Part shown: positions 19,210 to 28,835 of the stretch, one piece after another | How the letters are laid out: each line of letters begins with the position of its first letter | Numbering within the stretch: position 1 is the first letter of the stretch | Source of the DNA: Gemmatimonadota bacterium | GTDB lineage: Bacteria > Gemmatimonadota > Gemmatimonadetes > Gemmatimonadales > GWC2-71-9 | Reading direction: 5' to 3' | Assembly: GCA_036679605.1 (NCBI GenBank) | Contig: JAZDCZ010000411.1 | Span: forward strand, 1 to 50,735 | Length of the DNA stretch: 50,735 nucleotides | Translations under genes and position numbers: made by a program | The notes under the pieces: model-generated | Told to the model about the DNA's origin: nothing | What the model saw: only the letters and a program-made list of their open reading frames with translations | The model's database searches: none

Positions 19210-20081
19210 TGCCTTGCTGCCTGCACAGTGTTATAGAGCAGCATCGTGATAGTCATGGGACCTACTCCGCCGGGGACGGGAGTGATGGCCGAGGCTACTT
19301 CCTTGGCTTCCTCAAACGCCACATCACCAACCAGACGATACCCCTTCTTGTTGGACGGGTCATCGACTCGGTTCACTCCGACATCGATAACGGTAGCGCC
19401 AGGCTTGATCATGTCTGCTGTAACGAACTCCGGCTTGCCCATCGCGACCAGCAAGATATCTCCCTGCCTAGTGATGGAAGGGAGATCGGCCGTACGTGAG
19501 TGACACACAGTAACAGTCGCGTTACCGCCTTCACCGCGGTGGAGCAGCAGAGACGCTAGAGGCCGGCCGACGATGTTCGAGCGGCCAACGATTACGGCAT
19601 GAGCACCAGCGATCTGGATACTGCTTCTGATCAGCATCTGCTGAACGCCATACGGTGTTGCCGGACGAAACGCAGTTGGGTCGCCGGTCGACACCTTGCC
19701 GACATTGATCGGATGGAAGCCATCGACGTCTTTCTTGGGACTAATGCGGTTTAGGATCACACCTTCGTCCACCTGCTCGGGCAAGGGTAGCTGCACCAGA
19801 AAACCGTGGATCTTGGAGTCGGCGTTCAATCGGTCGATCTCGTTGATCAGCTCCTCTTGCGATGTTTCCTTCGGCAACTTGATGGTTTCGCTATGGATTC
19901 CGACTTCCTCACACGCCCGGCCCTTCATCCGCACATACACCTGGCTTGCGGGACTCTCGCCAACCAATACGACGGCCAACCCGGGCTTGACTCCCCGCGA
20001 CACGAGCGATTCGATTTCTGCTCCAAGATCGGCCCGCATCTCTGCGGCAATTGCTTTTCCGTCGATTATCTTAGCGGGCAA
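19194..20081 (-). CDS. folD: Bifunctional methylenetetrahydrofolate dehydrogenase/cyclohydrolase
   Basis: Motifs 'KDVDGFHP', 'GRSNIVGRP', 'ITPVPGGVGPMTI'. Confidence 0.97.
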   Translation of the reverse strand: MPAKIIDGKAIAAEMRADLGAEIESLVSRGVKPGLAVVLVGESPASQVYVRMKGRACEEVGIHSETIKLPKETSQEELINEIDRLNADSKIHGFLVQLPLPEQVDEGVILNRISPKKDVDGFHPINVGKVSTGDPTAFRPATPYGVQQMLIRSSIQIAGAHAVIVGRSNIVGRPLASLLLHRGEGGNATVTVCHSRTADLPSITRQGDILLVAMGKPEFVTADMIKPGATVIDVGVNRVDDPSNKKGYRLVGDVAFEEAKEVASAITPVPGGVGPMTITMLLYNTVQAARQWAAD

Positions 20082-21654
20082 ATTCCACCGCCCTCGTCTC
20101 TCGTATCACAACCACCTTGATCTGCCCTGGATACTGGAGTTCAGATTCAATGCGCCGCGCAATCTCTTCGGAGAGGGTGGCAGCAGCGTCATCGTCGATT
20201 GAGTCGGGCGAAACAACAATTCTGATTTCCCGACCCGCCTGTATGGCAAACGCCTTATCAACGCCCTCAAATTCAGTAGCGATCGCTTCCAAATTTGTCA
20301 GACGCTTGACGTAGGTTTCAAAGGACTCGCGCCTGGCTCCCGGTCGGGCTCCGCTTACCGCATCGGCCGCTTGCACGATAACCGAGATCGAAGTCTCGTG
20401 CGCTACGTCGTCGTGGTGAGCCGCGATCGCATTGATTATTATGGGATCCTCGCCGTATTTCTTCGCCATCTCGACACCAAGTTCGACGTGCGTGCCCTCG
20501 TGTTGATGAGTCAATACCTTCCCCACGTCGTGCAGCAAAGCACCGCGTTTGGCCATGTGCACATCCAACTTTAGTTCTGCGGCGATGATCCCTGCAAGCC
20601 ACGAAACTTCCTTCGAGTGTTCGAGGATATTCTGGCCATACGAAGTGCGATATTTCATTCGCCCCACGAGCTTAACGAGTTCAGCATGCATACCGTTGAT
20701 CCCCAGTTCATAGACGGTCTGCTCCCCCGCTTCAATGATCTCGGCATCTAGCTGCTCGCGAACCTTCTGAACCACTTCCTCGATCCTACCGGGATGGATT
20801 CTCCCATCTGCAATCAGTTCTTCCAAGGCCCGCCGTCCCGCTTCCCGCCGGACAGGATCGAAGCAAGAGATCACTACAGTGTCGGGGGTATCGTCGATGA
20901 TCACGTCGACGCCCGTTGCCGTTTCAAACGCACGGATATTGCGGCCCTCACGTCCGATTATTCGCCCTTTCATTTCGTCGCTAGGGAGAGCGACAGCAAA
21001 CACGGTCGTATTCGCCGTGTGCTCGGGGGCCAGTCGCTGGATCGCCAGCGAGACGATCTTCGTCGCCTCGCGGTCGGCGGTTCGCTTGGCCTCTTCTCTT
21101 ATATCTCTGATGACGGCGGCAGCTTCGCTCTTTGCAGCATCTGTCATCTCACCGATCAACTGGCTCTTCGCGTCTGCCTCGCTCATGCCCGACAGTTCTT
21201 CGAGCCGCTTCCGCCGCTCGCTGATAAGCGTCTCTGCCTCTGACTCCTTGTCCGAGAGATGTTTGTCACGATCTCCCAGAGACTGTTGCTGCCGATCCAA
21301 CGTGGCCTCCCGATCGTCAAGAGCGTTGAGCTTCCGATCGATAAGGGTCTCTCTTTCTCCCACTCTTTGTTGCTGCCTGTCTAATTCAGTGCGGCGTTGC
21401 TTTTCCTCTTGATCCCACGACTCGCGCAGCTTCATGGCCTCTTCTTTGGCACCCAAGACAGCTTGAGTCTTGGCAGCCTCCGCATCGCGACGAGATTCCT
21501 TGAGCAGGCGGGCAGCCTGCTGCTCGGCGGTTCTGCCGGCCAGGTCGGCGGTCTTGCGCTCAGCCGACTTGCCGACAAAGAAAGAGGCCGTCCCGGCGAT
21601 ACCTGCTACGCCGAGCACGGCCAAAATGATAGGGATGAGCTGGTCAGAGCCCAT
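20071..21654 (-). CDS. rny: Ribonuclease Y
   Basis: N-terminal TM, coiled coil, KH 'MKGRIIGREGRNIR', HD 'LLHDVGK', 'ADAVSGARPGAR'. Confidence 0.97.
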   Translation of the reverse strand: MGSDQLIPIILAVLGVAGIAGTASFFVGKSAERKTADLAGRTAEQQAARLLKESRRDAEAAKTQAVLGAKEEAMKLRESWDQEEKQRRTELDRQQQRVGERETLIDRKLNALDDREATLDRQQQSLGDRDKHLSDKESEAETLISERRKRLEELSGMSEADAKSQLIGEMTDAAKSEAAAVIRDIREEAKRTADREATKIVSLAIQRLAPEHTANTTVFAVALPSDEMKGRIIGREGRNIRAFETATGVDVIIDDTPDTVVISCFDPVRREAGRRALEELIADGRIHPGRIEEVVQKVREQLDAEIIEAGEQTVYELGINGMHAELVKLVGRMKYRTSYGQNILEHSKEVSWLAGIIAAELKLDVHMAKRGALLHDVGKVLTHQHEGTHVELGVEMAKKYGEDPIIINAIAAHHDDVAHETSISVIVQAADAVSGARPGARRESFETYVKRLTNLEAIATEFEGVDKAFAIQAGREIRIVVSPDSIDDDAAATLSEEIARRIESELQYPGQIKVVVIRETRAVEFAR

Positions 21655-21756
21655 ATATTTATCTCCAAGGGCGCACCGCTCTGAAATCGACGGCGCCGCC
21701 GCTCCTACAGTTTAGAAAACCGACTGGGGCGGACTTCCCCAGCTGGAGTCTGAAAG

Positions 21757-22086
21757 TTACCCGGCCCCGTCGAAGGAGGCAAACGAACCGGCCTGCGAGG
21801 TGCGCTTGGTCGGCGGAAGGAGACGGCTCAAGTCAGAGGCCAACGCGCTGACTCGGCTAGCCGTTTCGTCTGCCGTCTTGCGTTCTTGAAACAGCTCGTC
21901 GGTAATTGCCAAGGCGGCGAGAATAGCGGCCCTGCGACCATCGACGATGGCGCCACCGGATTGAACGTCGCTGATAGCCTTATCTACGTGCTCTGCGACC
22001 GCACGGGTATACTTGTCCGGGCGGTCGGACTTGAGGGAGTATTCCTCACCTCCGATCATCACACTTACCACCGACTTCTTCGTCAT
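21757..22086 (-). CDS. zapA: Cell division protein ZapA
   Basis: 'VMIGGEEYSL…VAEHVD…AILAALAITDELF'; typical pheT-zapB-zapA-rny context. Confidence 0.9.
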   Translation of the reverse strand: MTKKSVVSVMIGGEEYSLKSDRPDKYTRAVAEHVDKAISDVQSGGAIVDGRRAAILAALAITDELFQERKTADETASRVSALASDLSRLLPPTKRTSQAGSFASFDGAG

Positions 22087-22379
22087 CTGGGTTGCCGCTC
22101 CTTCTCAACCTGTTCTTCCAAAAACTTGAGGCGGGTCAAGAGATCCTCCAACCGGCCGCGAGCACCAGTGAGCCGCCCACCTAGTTCAGCATTTTCGCTT
22201 TCTAGTTCGTTGATCCGTTCACGTGAGGACACAGCATCATGATCGACCCCCATTGCCGCACGATCCGATTCTGCCTTGAGAGCCCTCTGTCTCCAAGACG
22301 CTAACTCGTGGCTCAAGTGTTGGAGCACCCGCTCCAACTCGTCCAAAGCCTTTACTTCAACTCTGTCTTCGCTCGACAC
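22083..22379 (-). CDS. Short coiled-coil protein, ZapB-like
   Basis: 98-aa all-helical heptad pattern between pheT and zapA. Confidence 0.65.
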   Translation of the reverse strand: MSSEDRVEVKALDELERVLQHLSHELASWRQRALKAESDRAAMGVDHDAVSSRERINELESENAELGGRLTGARGRLEDLLTRLKFLEEQVEKERQPR

Positions 22380-24720
22380 CTAGCTGCTCACTCAACTTCT
22401 GGATAATCTTGGACACGGCCTTGTCCACCTCCTTGTCCTTTAGTGTCCGATCTGGTGCCCGGAACACCAGACTAAATGCTACGCTCCGTCCACCGAGGTC
22501 GTTTGAGGTATACTCGTCGAACACAGTAACCTCTTCCAGCAATCGGCCTGCCGCACCCCGTGTTACCTCGTGCACCTGTCGAGCCGTTACACCGCTCGGC
22601 AGCACGAGCGCCAAATCGCGCCGAACCGCCGGCGTAGCCGGGAGCGGCTCGAACATCCGTTGACCACTTTCGCCCACTTCCAAATCGAACTCGAACCCGA
22701 AGAGCGGTGCAGCCCACGCTGGTTGCTCGGTCGATAGCGATCCGGCCCAACCGCGCCGCTTGCCATCGGCGTCATTCAAGACCCACCCGTCTTCGCCCCC
22801 GATGGCTTCACATCGAGGACCGGCGGCCGCCACCGCACTCTCAAACATATCCTTTATGTCCCACATGTCGTAGGCGGCTGACTTTCCGGACGACGACCAA
22901 TGCGGCGGCGTGCGTGCACCTGAGACTACGCATGCCATGCGAACTGTCTCGACCGGCAGTTTCCCCGGGCCAACCGCATGGAAGACCGAGCCAATTTCGA
23001 ACAGCCTTATGTCCCGTTCACTGACCGACCAATTCCGTTGGGCCGACCGCACCAACCCGCCCAAGAGGTCCCACCTCAGGTGGCTTTCGTCCTCGGACAG
23101 AGGATTGAGAACGGGCTGAGCGCCAGTGCCATCCGGTTCCCCCGAGACCAGCGACATCGAACGCGCTTCGTTCACTCCCATCGCTGTCATGACCCGCCTG
23201 GCCCTGGCCTTAACCACCTCTATCGGATCATCGGGAACCGCACTCGAACGGTACGGTCTCATCTCCACCGGAAACTCTTCGTACCCTCTTAGCCGAGCCA
23301 CCTCCTCGATCAGATCGACCTCTCGTGTGACGTCCGGCCGCCAGCCCGGCACTTGCACCGCAAGACGGTCGCCCTTGGGCGCAACAACAAACCCCACGGC
23401 ACTCAGGTAACGCTCTATTTCCTGAGAAGGCAAGGTAACTCCGAGAACGTGCTCGACTCGTTCCTGCCTCAAGAAAATCACGTGGCTCTTGGTTGGGTTG
23501 GGATAGACATCAACGGCAGACTGGGGCTCCTGTCCGCCCGCGATCGTTCGGATCAGTGTCACGGCCCTTCTAACTGCATCGGACATGCCATGAATGTCGG
23601 TGCCGCGTTCGAAGCGAAACGAGGCATCCGTGTTCATCTTGAGAGCTTTGCGCGTCTTGCGAATTCTCTTGGGATCGAAGTAGGCGCACTCGAGAAGGAT
23701 GTCGGTCGTGTCTTGGGATACTTCCGAGTCGGAGCCACCCATTACCCCGGCAACAGCGACAGGCCGCTCCGCATCGCAGATCAGCGTCATCTCCGGTGTG
23801 ACAGCGCGAGCTTCACCATCCAATGTAGTCATCTTTTCGCCGGGCTTGCCGCGACGGACCACGATTTTTGGTCCGCTCAGCTTGGCGAGGTCGAACGCAT
23901 GCATCGGTTGGTTCAACTCGTACAAGATGTAGTTGGTCGCGTCCACGATATTGTTGATCGGTCTGCCACCTATACTCCGTAAGCGAGTCTCCAGCCAGGC
24001 CGGTGATCGTCCGATCTTGATTCCGCGAATCACAGCGGCGACGTAGCGCGGGCACCCCTCATCGTCGTCTATCACCACTTCTACTCCGTCGACCGTTCCA
24101 CTCACTTCCGCGCGTCTGGGTGTCGATGATTCGGATCTGGCACCGGGAATCGGCTCCAGCTTGACCGTTAGGTCCAGGGCCGCACCCAGCTCGCGAGCGA
24201 CTCCCTTGTGCCCCAGGAGATCTGGCCTATTGGGAGTAACGTCGAGCACGATCCGCGTATCCGCCAGCCCCAGCGCTTCGACGAAGTTGGTGCCGGCGGG
24301 CGCATCGGTGTCGAGTTCGAGTATGCCTTCGTGGCTGCTTCCCAAACCAAGCTCCCGTTCGGATAGCAGCATCCCGTTCGAGACAACTCCGCGAAGCTTG
24401 CGCTTCGTTAGCTTGATCCCGCCCGGTAGGACCGACCCAACCGAAGCGTAGGGATATTTCTTTCCCGCAGCAACGTTTGGTGCCCCACAAACGACCTCGA
24501 TCGTGCTCGAGCCGTCGTTTACCTGGCACACAGTGAGGCGGTCAGCATCGGGATGTTGCTCGACCCGTTCGACCAAGCCAATCACGACATCGTTCAATTC
24601 CGCGTTGAGCGGTTCGATCGTGTCCACCGGCGCCGCCTTCATGGCTAGCAAGTGCGCAGCCTCAGCGGGATCTATCGCCGCCCCCAAGAGCTTGGACAAC
24701 CAGTCGATCGAAAGGTTCAC
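22357..24720 (-). CDS. pheT: Phenylalanyl-tRNA synthetase beta subunit
   Basis: Motifs 'VVCGAPN', 'TPNRPDLLG', 'DASFRFERG', 'DLIEEVARL', and a C-terminal FDX-ACB domain. Confidence 0.97.
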   Translation of the reverse strand: MNLSIDWLSKLLGAAIDPAEAAHLLAMKAAPVDTIEPLNAELNDVVIGLVERVEQHPDADRLTVCQVNDGSSTIEVVCGAPNVAAGKKYPYASVGSVLPGGIKLTKRKLRGVVSNGMLLSERELGLGSSHEGILELDTDAPAGTNFVEALGLADTRIVLDVTPNRPDLLGHKGVARELGAALDLTVKLEPIPGARSESSTPRRAEVSGTVDGVEVVIDDDEGCPRYVAAVIRGIKIGRSPAWLETRLRSIGGRPINNIVDATNYILYELNQPMHAFDLAKLSGPKIVVRRGKPGEKMTTLDGEARAVTPEMTLICDAERPVAVAGVMGGSDSEVSQDTTDILLECAYFDPKRIRKTRKALKMNTDASFRFERGTDIHGMSDAVRRAVTLIRTIAGGQEPQSAVDVYPNPTKSHVIFLRQERVEHVLGVTLPSQEIERYLSAVGFVVAPKGDRLAVQVPGWRPDVTREVDLIEEVARLRGYEEFPVEMRPYRSSAVPDDPIEVVKARARRVMTAMGVNEARSMSLVSGEPDGTGAQPVLNPLSEDESHLRWDLLGGLVRSAQRNWSVSERDIRLFEIGSVFHAVGPGKLPVETVRMACVVSGARTPPHWSSSGKSAAYDMWDIKDMFESAVAAAGPRCEAIGGEDGWVLNDADGKRRGWAGSLSTEQPAWAAPLFGFEFDLEVGESGQRMFEPLPATPAVRRDLALVLPSGVTARQVHEVTRGAAGRLLEEVTVFDEYTSNDLGGRSVAFSLVFRAPDRTLKDKEVDKAVSKIIQKLSEQLGVERRQS

Positions 24721-24724
24721 GCTC

Positions 24725-25750
24725 TCATTCCACGAACTGGTTCAGCATCCGCATGTCGTTCTCGAACAGCTGCCGAATGTCGCGAATGCCGTAGCGTAGC
24801 ATGGCTATGCGGTGTGGACCCATACCGAAGGCGTAGCCGGTGAACTTCTCCGGATCTACGCCGCAGTTCTCGAACACCGCGGGATCTACCATTCCAGCTC
24901 CCATGATCTCGAGGTACCCCGTTTGTTTGCAGGTCGAGCAACCGCTGCCCTTACAGACGTGGCATTCGACGTCTACCTCGGCCGACGGCTCCGTGAAGGG
25001 AAAGAACGAAGGTCGGAAGCGAACCTTGGTGTCACGACTGAAAAATTCCTTGACGAAAAAATCGATTGCAGCCTTGAAGTCCACGAAGCTTATGCCTTCG
25101 TCGACCGCCAGCCCCTCGATTTGCTCGAACACCGGCGCATGAGAAGGATCGAAAGCGTCACGCCTATATGCTTGGCCTGGCACGACGATCCGAATTGGTG
25201 GCTGGTACCGCTCCATCGTCCGCGCTTGCATGGGAGAGGTGTGCGTGCGCAACACGGTGTCCGGCCCCAGGTAGAATGTGTCCGCCATGTCGGCCGCGGG
25301 ATGATCCAGCGATGTGTTGAGTTTTGTGAAGTTGTACTCTACCGTCTCGACTTCGGGGCCGGTGACCCGCGTGAACCCTATCTGTTTGAAGATGGCACAG
25401 ATCTCGTCGACCACGGCGGTGATTGGGTGAATCGCTCCGCGCCACACCGCCCGTCCCGGCATCGACCAATCGACGTCCAGCGGTCGTGCGTCAATCTCGC
25501 GCAGCGCCCTAGTCCGGCGATCAAAGGCATCCTCGAGCTTCCGTTTGACTGCATTGGATCGCGCGCCAACATCCCGGCGTTGTTCTACAGGAAGCGTCCC
25601 CAGCGAACGCAGCACCTCTGTCAACACGCCGGCCTTCCGGCCGAGGAGTTCCGTACGCAGCTCGGCGAGGCGGTCGGCGTCAGCCGCTGCGACTTCGTCT
25701 ACGGCACGCTCGGCCGCTTCAAGCTGTTGGTCGATGGTCGGTTTCGACAT
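24725..25750 (-). CDS. pheS: Phenylalanyl-tRNA synthetase alpha subunit
   Basis: Motifs 'LRTHTSPMQAR', 'RFRPSFFPFTEPSAEVD', 'GYAFGMG'. Confidence 0.97.
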   Translation of the reverse strand: MSKPTIDQQLEAAERAVDEVAAADADRLAELRTELLGRKAGVLTEVLRSLGTLPVEQRRDVGARSNAVKRKLEDAFDRRTRALREIDARPLDVDWSMPGRAVWRGAIHPITAVVDEICAIFKQIGFTRVTGPEVETVEYNFTKLNTSLDHPAADMADTFYLGPDTVLRTHTSPMQARTMERYQPPIRIVVPGQAYRRDAFDPSHAPVFEQIEGLAVDEGISFVDFKAAIDFFVKEFFSRDTKVRFRPSFFPFTEPSAEVDVECHVCKGSGCSTCKQTGYLEIMGAGMVDPAVFENCGVDPEKFTGYAFGMGPHRIAMLRYGIRDIRQLFENDMRMLNQFVE

Positions 25751-25766
25751 TGGCGCCCCGACCGAA

Positions 25767-26120
25767 CTACTGACTCTGCTTCGCGACCTCCGCGAGTTCG
25801 CTGAAAGCAGCCGGATCGCGGATAGCCAAGTCGGCCAGCATCTTGCGGTTGACCTCTATGCCTGCCTTCCTGAGCCCTGCCATGAAGCGATTGTAGGAAA
25901 GGTCGTGCAGCCGGGCAGCGGCGTTGATACGCACTATCCAAAGCCGCCGGAAGTCCCTCTTCTTGCGACGCCGGTCGCGATAGGCATAGCGCAGCCCGCG
26001 CTCCACAGTCTCTTTGGCGGACTTGTATAGCTTACTGCGGCCGCCACGCGCACCCTTCGCGGCCTGCATGATCTTCTTCTTGCGCTTCAGACGGGCGACA
26101 GTACTTCTTACTCTAGGCAT
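25767..26120 (-). CDS. rplT: 50S ribosomal protein L20
   Basis: Motifs '[24 protein letters not shown]' and 'NRKMLADLA'. Confidence 0.98.
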   Translation of the reverse strand: MPRVRSTVARLKRKKKIMQAAKGARGGRSKLYKSAKETVERGLRYAYRDRRRKKRDFRRLWIVRINAAARLHDLSYNRFMAGLRKAGIEVNRKMLADLAIRDPAAFSELAEVAKQSQ

Positions 26121-26130
26121 CTCTATTCTC

Positions 26131-26325
26131 CTACGTCTGCAGCAGCCGCTTGATGCGCGACTCGTCCGCCTTCGACATTATCGTTGCCTTACGCAAATTT
26201 CTCTTGCGCTTGGGATGTTTTTTTGTGAGAATATGGCTCTTATTGGCCTTGAATCGTTTGACCTTACCCGTGGCGGTCAGACGAAAGCGCTTCTTCGCGC
26301 CCGAATTTGTCTTTTGTTTGGGCAT
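26131..26325 (-). CDS. rpmI: 50S ribosomal protein L35
   Basis: '[24 protein letters not shown]…HILTKK'. Confidence 0.98.
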   Translation of the reverse strand: MPKQKTNSGAKKRFRLTATGKVKRFKANKSHILTKKHPKRKRNLRKATIMSKADESRIKRLLQT

Positions 26326-26381
26326 GACATCTATCCCTCACTAACAGCCGCCCACCGGACGACCAGAAAAACCTCGTTGCT

Positions 26382-26918
26382 CTATCGTGGTGCCAACACC
26401 ATCGTCATGTTGCGGCCCTCTAGCTTCGGATCTGCTTCGATCTTCGCAATGTCCTCGACTTCCGAGTAGGCACGGTTCAACACAGCGCGACCCAACTCGG
26501 GGTGTGTCACTTGTCTGCCTCGGAACATCAACGTCAGCTTGACCTTGTTGCCTTCCTCGAGGAACCTCCGGGCATGCCGGGTCTTGAACCCGAAATCATG
26601 ATCGCTGATGCCCGGCCTGTACTTCACTTCCTTCAAGTGGATGATATGCTGCTTCTTCTTGGCGGCACGCGCCGCCTTGGCTTGTTCGAAACGATACTTG
26701 CCGTAGTCCATCACTTTGACTACCGGCGGGCGCGCCATTGCCGCCACCTCTACCAAATCGAGCCCTCGCTCGGTTGCGGCCTGCTGCGCCTCTTCGATCG
26801 GTACGATACCGACTTGCTCTCCATCGGCACCGATCAATCGGACTGGACTCATCCGAATCTGCTCGTTGACTCGGACACGCGATGGATCTACGTCACCGCG
26901 CATCTTATTGACTGCCAG
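26382..26918 (-). CDS. infC: Translation initiation factor IF-3 (probable CTG start at 26918; ORF caller gives ATG 26903)
   Basis: Motifs 'VNEQIR', 'LDLVEVA', 'KVMDYGKY', 'FRGRQ'. The GGAGG SD lies 8 nt before an in-frame CTG and 23 nt before the ATG. Confidence 0.95.
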   Translation of the reverse strand: MAVNKMRGDVDPSRVRVNEQIRMSPVRLIGADGEQVGIVPIEEAQQAATERGLDLVEVAAMARPPVVKVMDYGKYRFEQAKAARAAKKKQHIIHLKEVKYRPGISDHDFGFKTRHARRFLEEGNKVKLTLMFRGRQVTHPELGRAVLNRAYSEVEDIAKIEADPKLEGRNMTMVLAPR

Positions 26919-26944
26919 TGAAGCTGCCTCCCTCCAAAAAGGAC

Positions 26945-26976
26945 AAAAAAAACGGGTCCAGGTTCGCCGGATCCGC
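26945..26976 (-). terminator. Intrinsic terminator/attenuator hairpin in the infC leader
   Basis: GCGGAUCCGG-CGAAC-CUGGACCCGU stem (one mismatch, GU pairs) running into a U8 tract. Confidence 0.65.
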
Positions 26977-27085
26977 TATAGCCGACAACAATTCACCGGC
27001 TTACAACCCTTGGACCCTCTACGCACACACATTGACCACGTGGCACGAAGGTGAAGCGCTCTCGCGCTTACTTAGCTTATTGTCG
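26945..27085 (-). ncRNA. Structured 5' leader of infC-rpmI-rplT, L20-leader-like cis-regulatory RNA
   Basis: AAGUA-[AGCGC GAGA GCGCU]-UCACC resembles the Firmicute L20 leader layout as I recall it. CGACAAUAA/UUGUUGUCG and UUCACC/GGUGAA helices are present, with alternative pairing to a terminator. Confidence 0.6.
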
Positions 27086-27090
27086 TACTG

Positions 27091-27119
27091 AAGCTAGACC
27101 GGCCCCCCCAAGGTGTCAA
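27091..27119 (-). promoter_or_regulatory. sigma70 promoter of the infC operon
   Basis: TTGACA (27119-27114), 17 bp, TAGCTT (27096-27091), overlapping the end of the upstream CDS. Confidence 0.8.
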
Positions 27120-27984
27120 GCTCCGTGCAAGTAAACGACTTAGCGTCCCTCGCCACTCGCCCCCGCCGGACCTTAGGGTCGTGCTCGAACACTATGGCCC
27201 AGCCCTCAGCCTCGGCCTGGGAAAGAAGCGCTTTCTTACTCTCCAGAGTCACCAGTGGCTCGAGATCGTAGCCCATGATCCAGGGCAGAGGAATGTGCGC
27301 TGACGTCGGTATCAGATCTGCCACAAAACACGCCGTCTCACCACCGTCAGAGATCACTACCGACTGATGGTAAGGAACGTGACCCGGGGTGGGAACCAGT
27401 TTGATTCCCGGCAATATGTCGACCTCGCCTTCGACCAGTTGCCAACGGCCGGCCTGAGCCACCGGCTCGAAGTTCGGCGCCAAGTAGCTTGCTGACGTTC
27501 GCATGTTGATCTTCCGAGCAAACTCCAGTTCCCCCTTTTGCACCACATACGTGGCGTTGGGAAACGCCAATTTTACGGTTTCTCCGTCGGCCTCTAGCGC
27601 CGTGTTTCCGCCGGCATGATCGAAGTGAAGGTGCGTATTGATCACATAGCGCACCTCATCGGCCCTCACTCCCGCCTCCGCAAGAGCATCCTCCAGCTGG
27701 GTGGGACCAAGCCGGCCTTCGTTCTCAATTCCGTAGATGCCGACAAATTTCTCGGACTCTTTGTTTCCCACACCGGTATCGATCAGCACCGGGCCCGCTT
27801 CGTGCTCTACCAACATGCAACGGAGACCCAATGCGATGCGATTACGTTCGTCGGCCGGGATGCGGCGCTCCCACATCGGCTTGGGAACCACACCAAACAT
27901 CGCACCACCGTCCAACCGCTGTCGCCCTCCCTCGAGCGTGTGGCATACCAGGCCTCCCACCTTAAACCTCGACACCAAAGTCAT
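27094..27984 (-). CDS. Metallo-beta-lactamase-fold hydrolase (YtnP-like)
   Basis: Motifs 'LDGGAMFGVVPK', 'THLHFDHAGG', 'TPGH', 'ADLIPT…WIMGYD', 'FEHDP'. Confidence 0.9.
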   Translation of the reverse strand: MTLVSRFKVGGLVCHTLEGGRQRLDGGAMFGVVPKPMWERRIPADERNRIALGLRCMLVEHEAGPVLIDTGVGNKESEKFVGIYGIENEGRLGPTQLEDALAEAGVRADEVRYVINTHLHFDHAGGNTALEADGETVKLAFPNATYVVQKGELEFARKINMRTSASYLAPNFEPVAQAGRWQLVEGEVDILPGIKLVPTPGHVPYHQSVVISDGGETACFVADLIPTSAHIPLPWIMGYDLEPLVTLESKKALLSQAEAEGWAIVFEHDPKVRRGRVARDAKSFTCTELDTLGGPV

Positions 27985-28835
27985 ATTTGCTCCATCGAGC
28001 GTGGCAACGCGGTCCTGCGGCGCCGGCTCTTCTTGCGACGCCGCCCCAACTGGATGAGATCGTCCAAGTTCTGCACGCCACGCTCCTCCGCCAGTTCCAG
28101 CAGTCGCTGCAGCACTTTCGCCGTGGCCAGCGCGTCTCCCGCAGCCCTGTGCCGATGCGCTATTTCCACGCCGAAATAGGCCGACAGGCTATCCAGACTG
28201 CGCGACTTGAGGCCTGGCAAGAGCCTCCGTGCCAGCGCCACCGTACAAACTCGCGGGCCGTCCAACACAACGTCACGGGCGCGTCTGATTTCCTTCCCGA
28301 CAAATGCCCAGTCGAATTTCACGTTGTGCGCCACAAAAACCCTGCCAGCGAGAGCGGCTAACACATCGTCAGCCACCTCTCCAAAGGTGGGTTGGTCTCG
28401 CACCATTGCTTCGGTTATCCGCGTTATGGCAGAAGTAAACCGCGGAACCGGCTGCTCAGGATTCAGGAGCGAATCGTATTTCACTTCGATGACATCGCCC
28501 ATTACCGCAACAACAGCGATCTCAATGACGCGGTCGCCGCGGGCTGGGCTGGTACCGGTCGTCTCCACATCGACCACTGCGAATGCACAGTCGGCAAGCT
28601 TTGGCGTACCGCTGTCAGCCCGGGCTAGCGCCCAACGCCCGTCACATAGGCGCAGAATCCTGGGATCCGAGCCGAGCAAGGCCACAGCCAGCCGATCCGC
28701 GACGAGCGATGGCGCACCGTTCAGCCCCATGATTCTCGTCGCAAGTGTGTTGCTGTCGGTGGGTCCAGCCCGCAGATACTCGAGCGCCTTATCCACGAGC
28801 GTTCCGGCGGTGCGGATCGTCAGGCCGGCAGTCAA
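27981..28835 (-). CDS. DEDDh 3'-5' exonuclease (DnaQ/PolC-exo-like) with N-terminal helical extension
   Basis: ExoI 'VVDVETTG', ExoII 'VAHNVKFD', ExoIII 'HRAAGDA'. The TTG start overlaps the arcA stop (TTGA). Confidence 0.88.
   Translation of the reverse strand: MTAGLTIRTAGTLVDKALEYLRAGPTDSNTLATRIMGLNGAPSLVADRLAVALLGSDPRILRLCDGRWALARADSGTPKLADCAFAVVDVETTGTSPARGDRVIEIAVVAVMGDVIEVKYDSLLNPEQPVPRFTSAITRITEAMVRDQPTFGEVADDVLAALAGRVFVAHNVKFDWAFVGKEIRRARDVVLDGPRVCTVALARRLLPGLKSRSLDSLSAYFGVEIAHRHRAAGDALATAKVLQRLLELAEERGVQNLDDLIQLGRRRKKSRRRRTALPRSMEQI

Noticed and set aside
21655..21756. Possible 6S RNA in the zapA-rny gap
   Set aside because: The position is typical, but the gap is only about 102 bp with two small hairpins. 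That is too short for the usual ~150-200 nt rod, and it looks more like a promoter/5' UTR.
24812..25804. 330-aa plus-strand ORF antisense to pheS
   Set aside because: Shadow of a conserved essential gene, with no domain motifs.
26945..27085. infC leader as 6S RNA (GGGTCCAAGGGTT resembles part of E. coli 6S)
   Set aside because: The similarity is short and there is no end-to-end rod with a central bubble. Location and terminator fit a cis leader better. A cmsearch would settle it.
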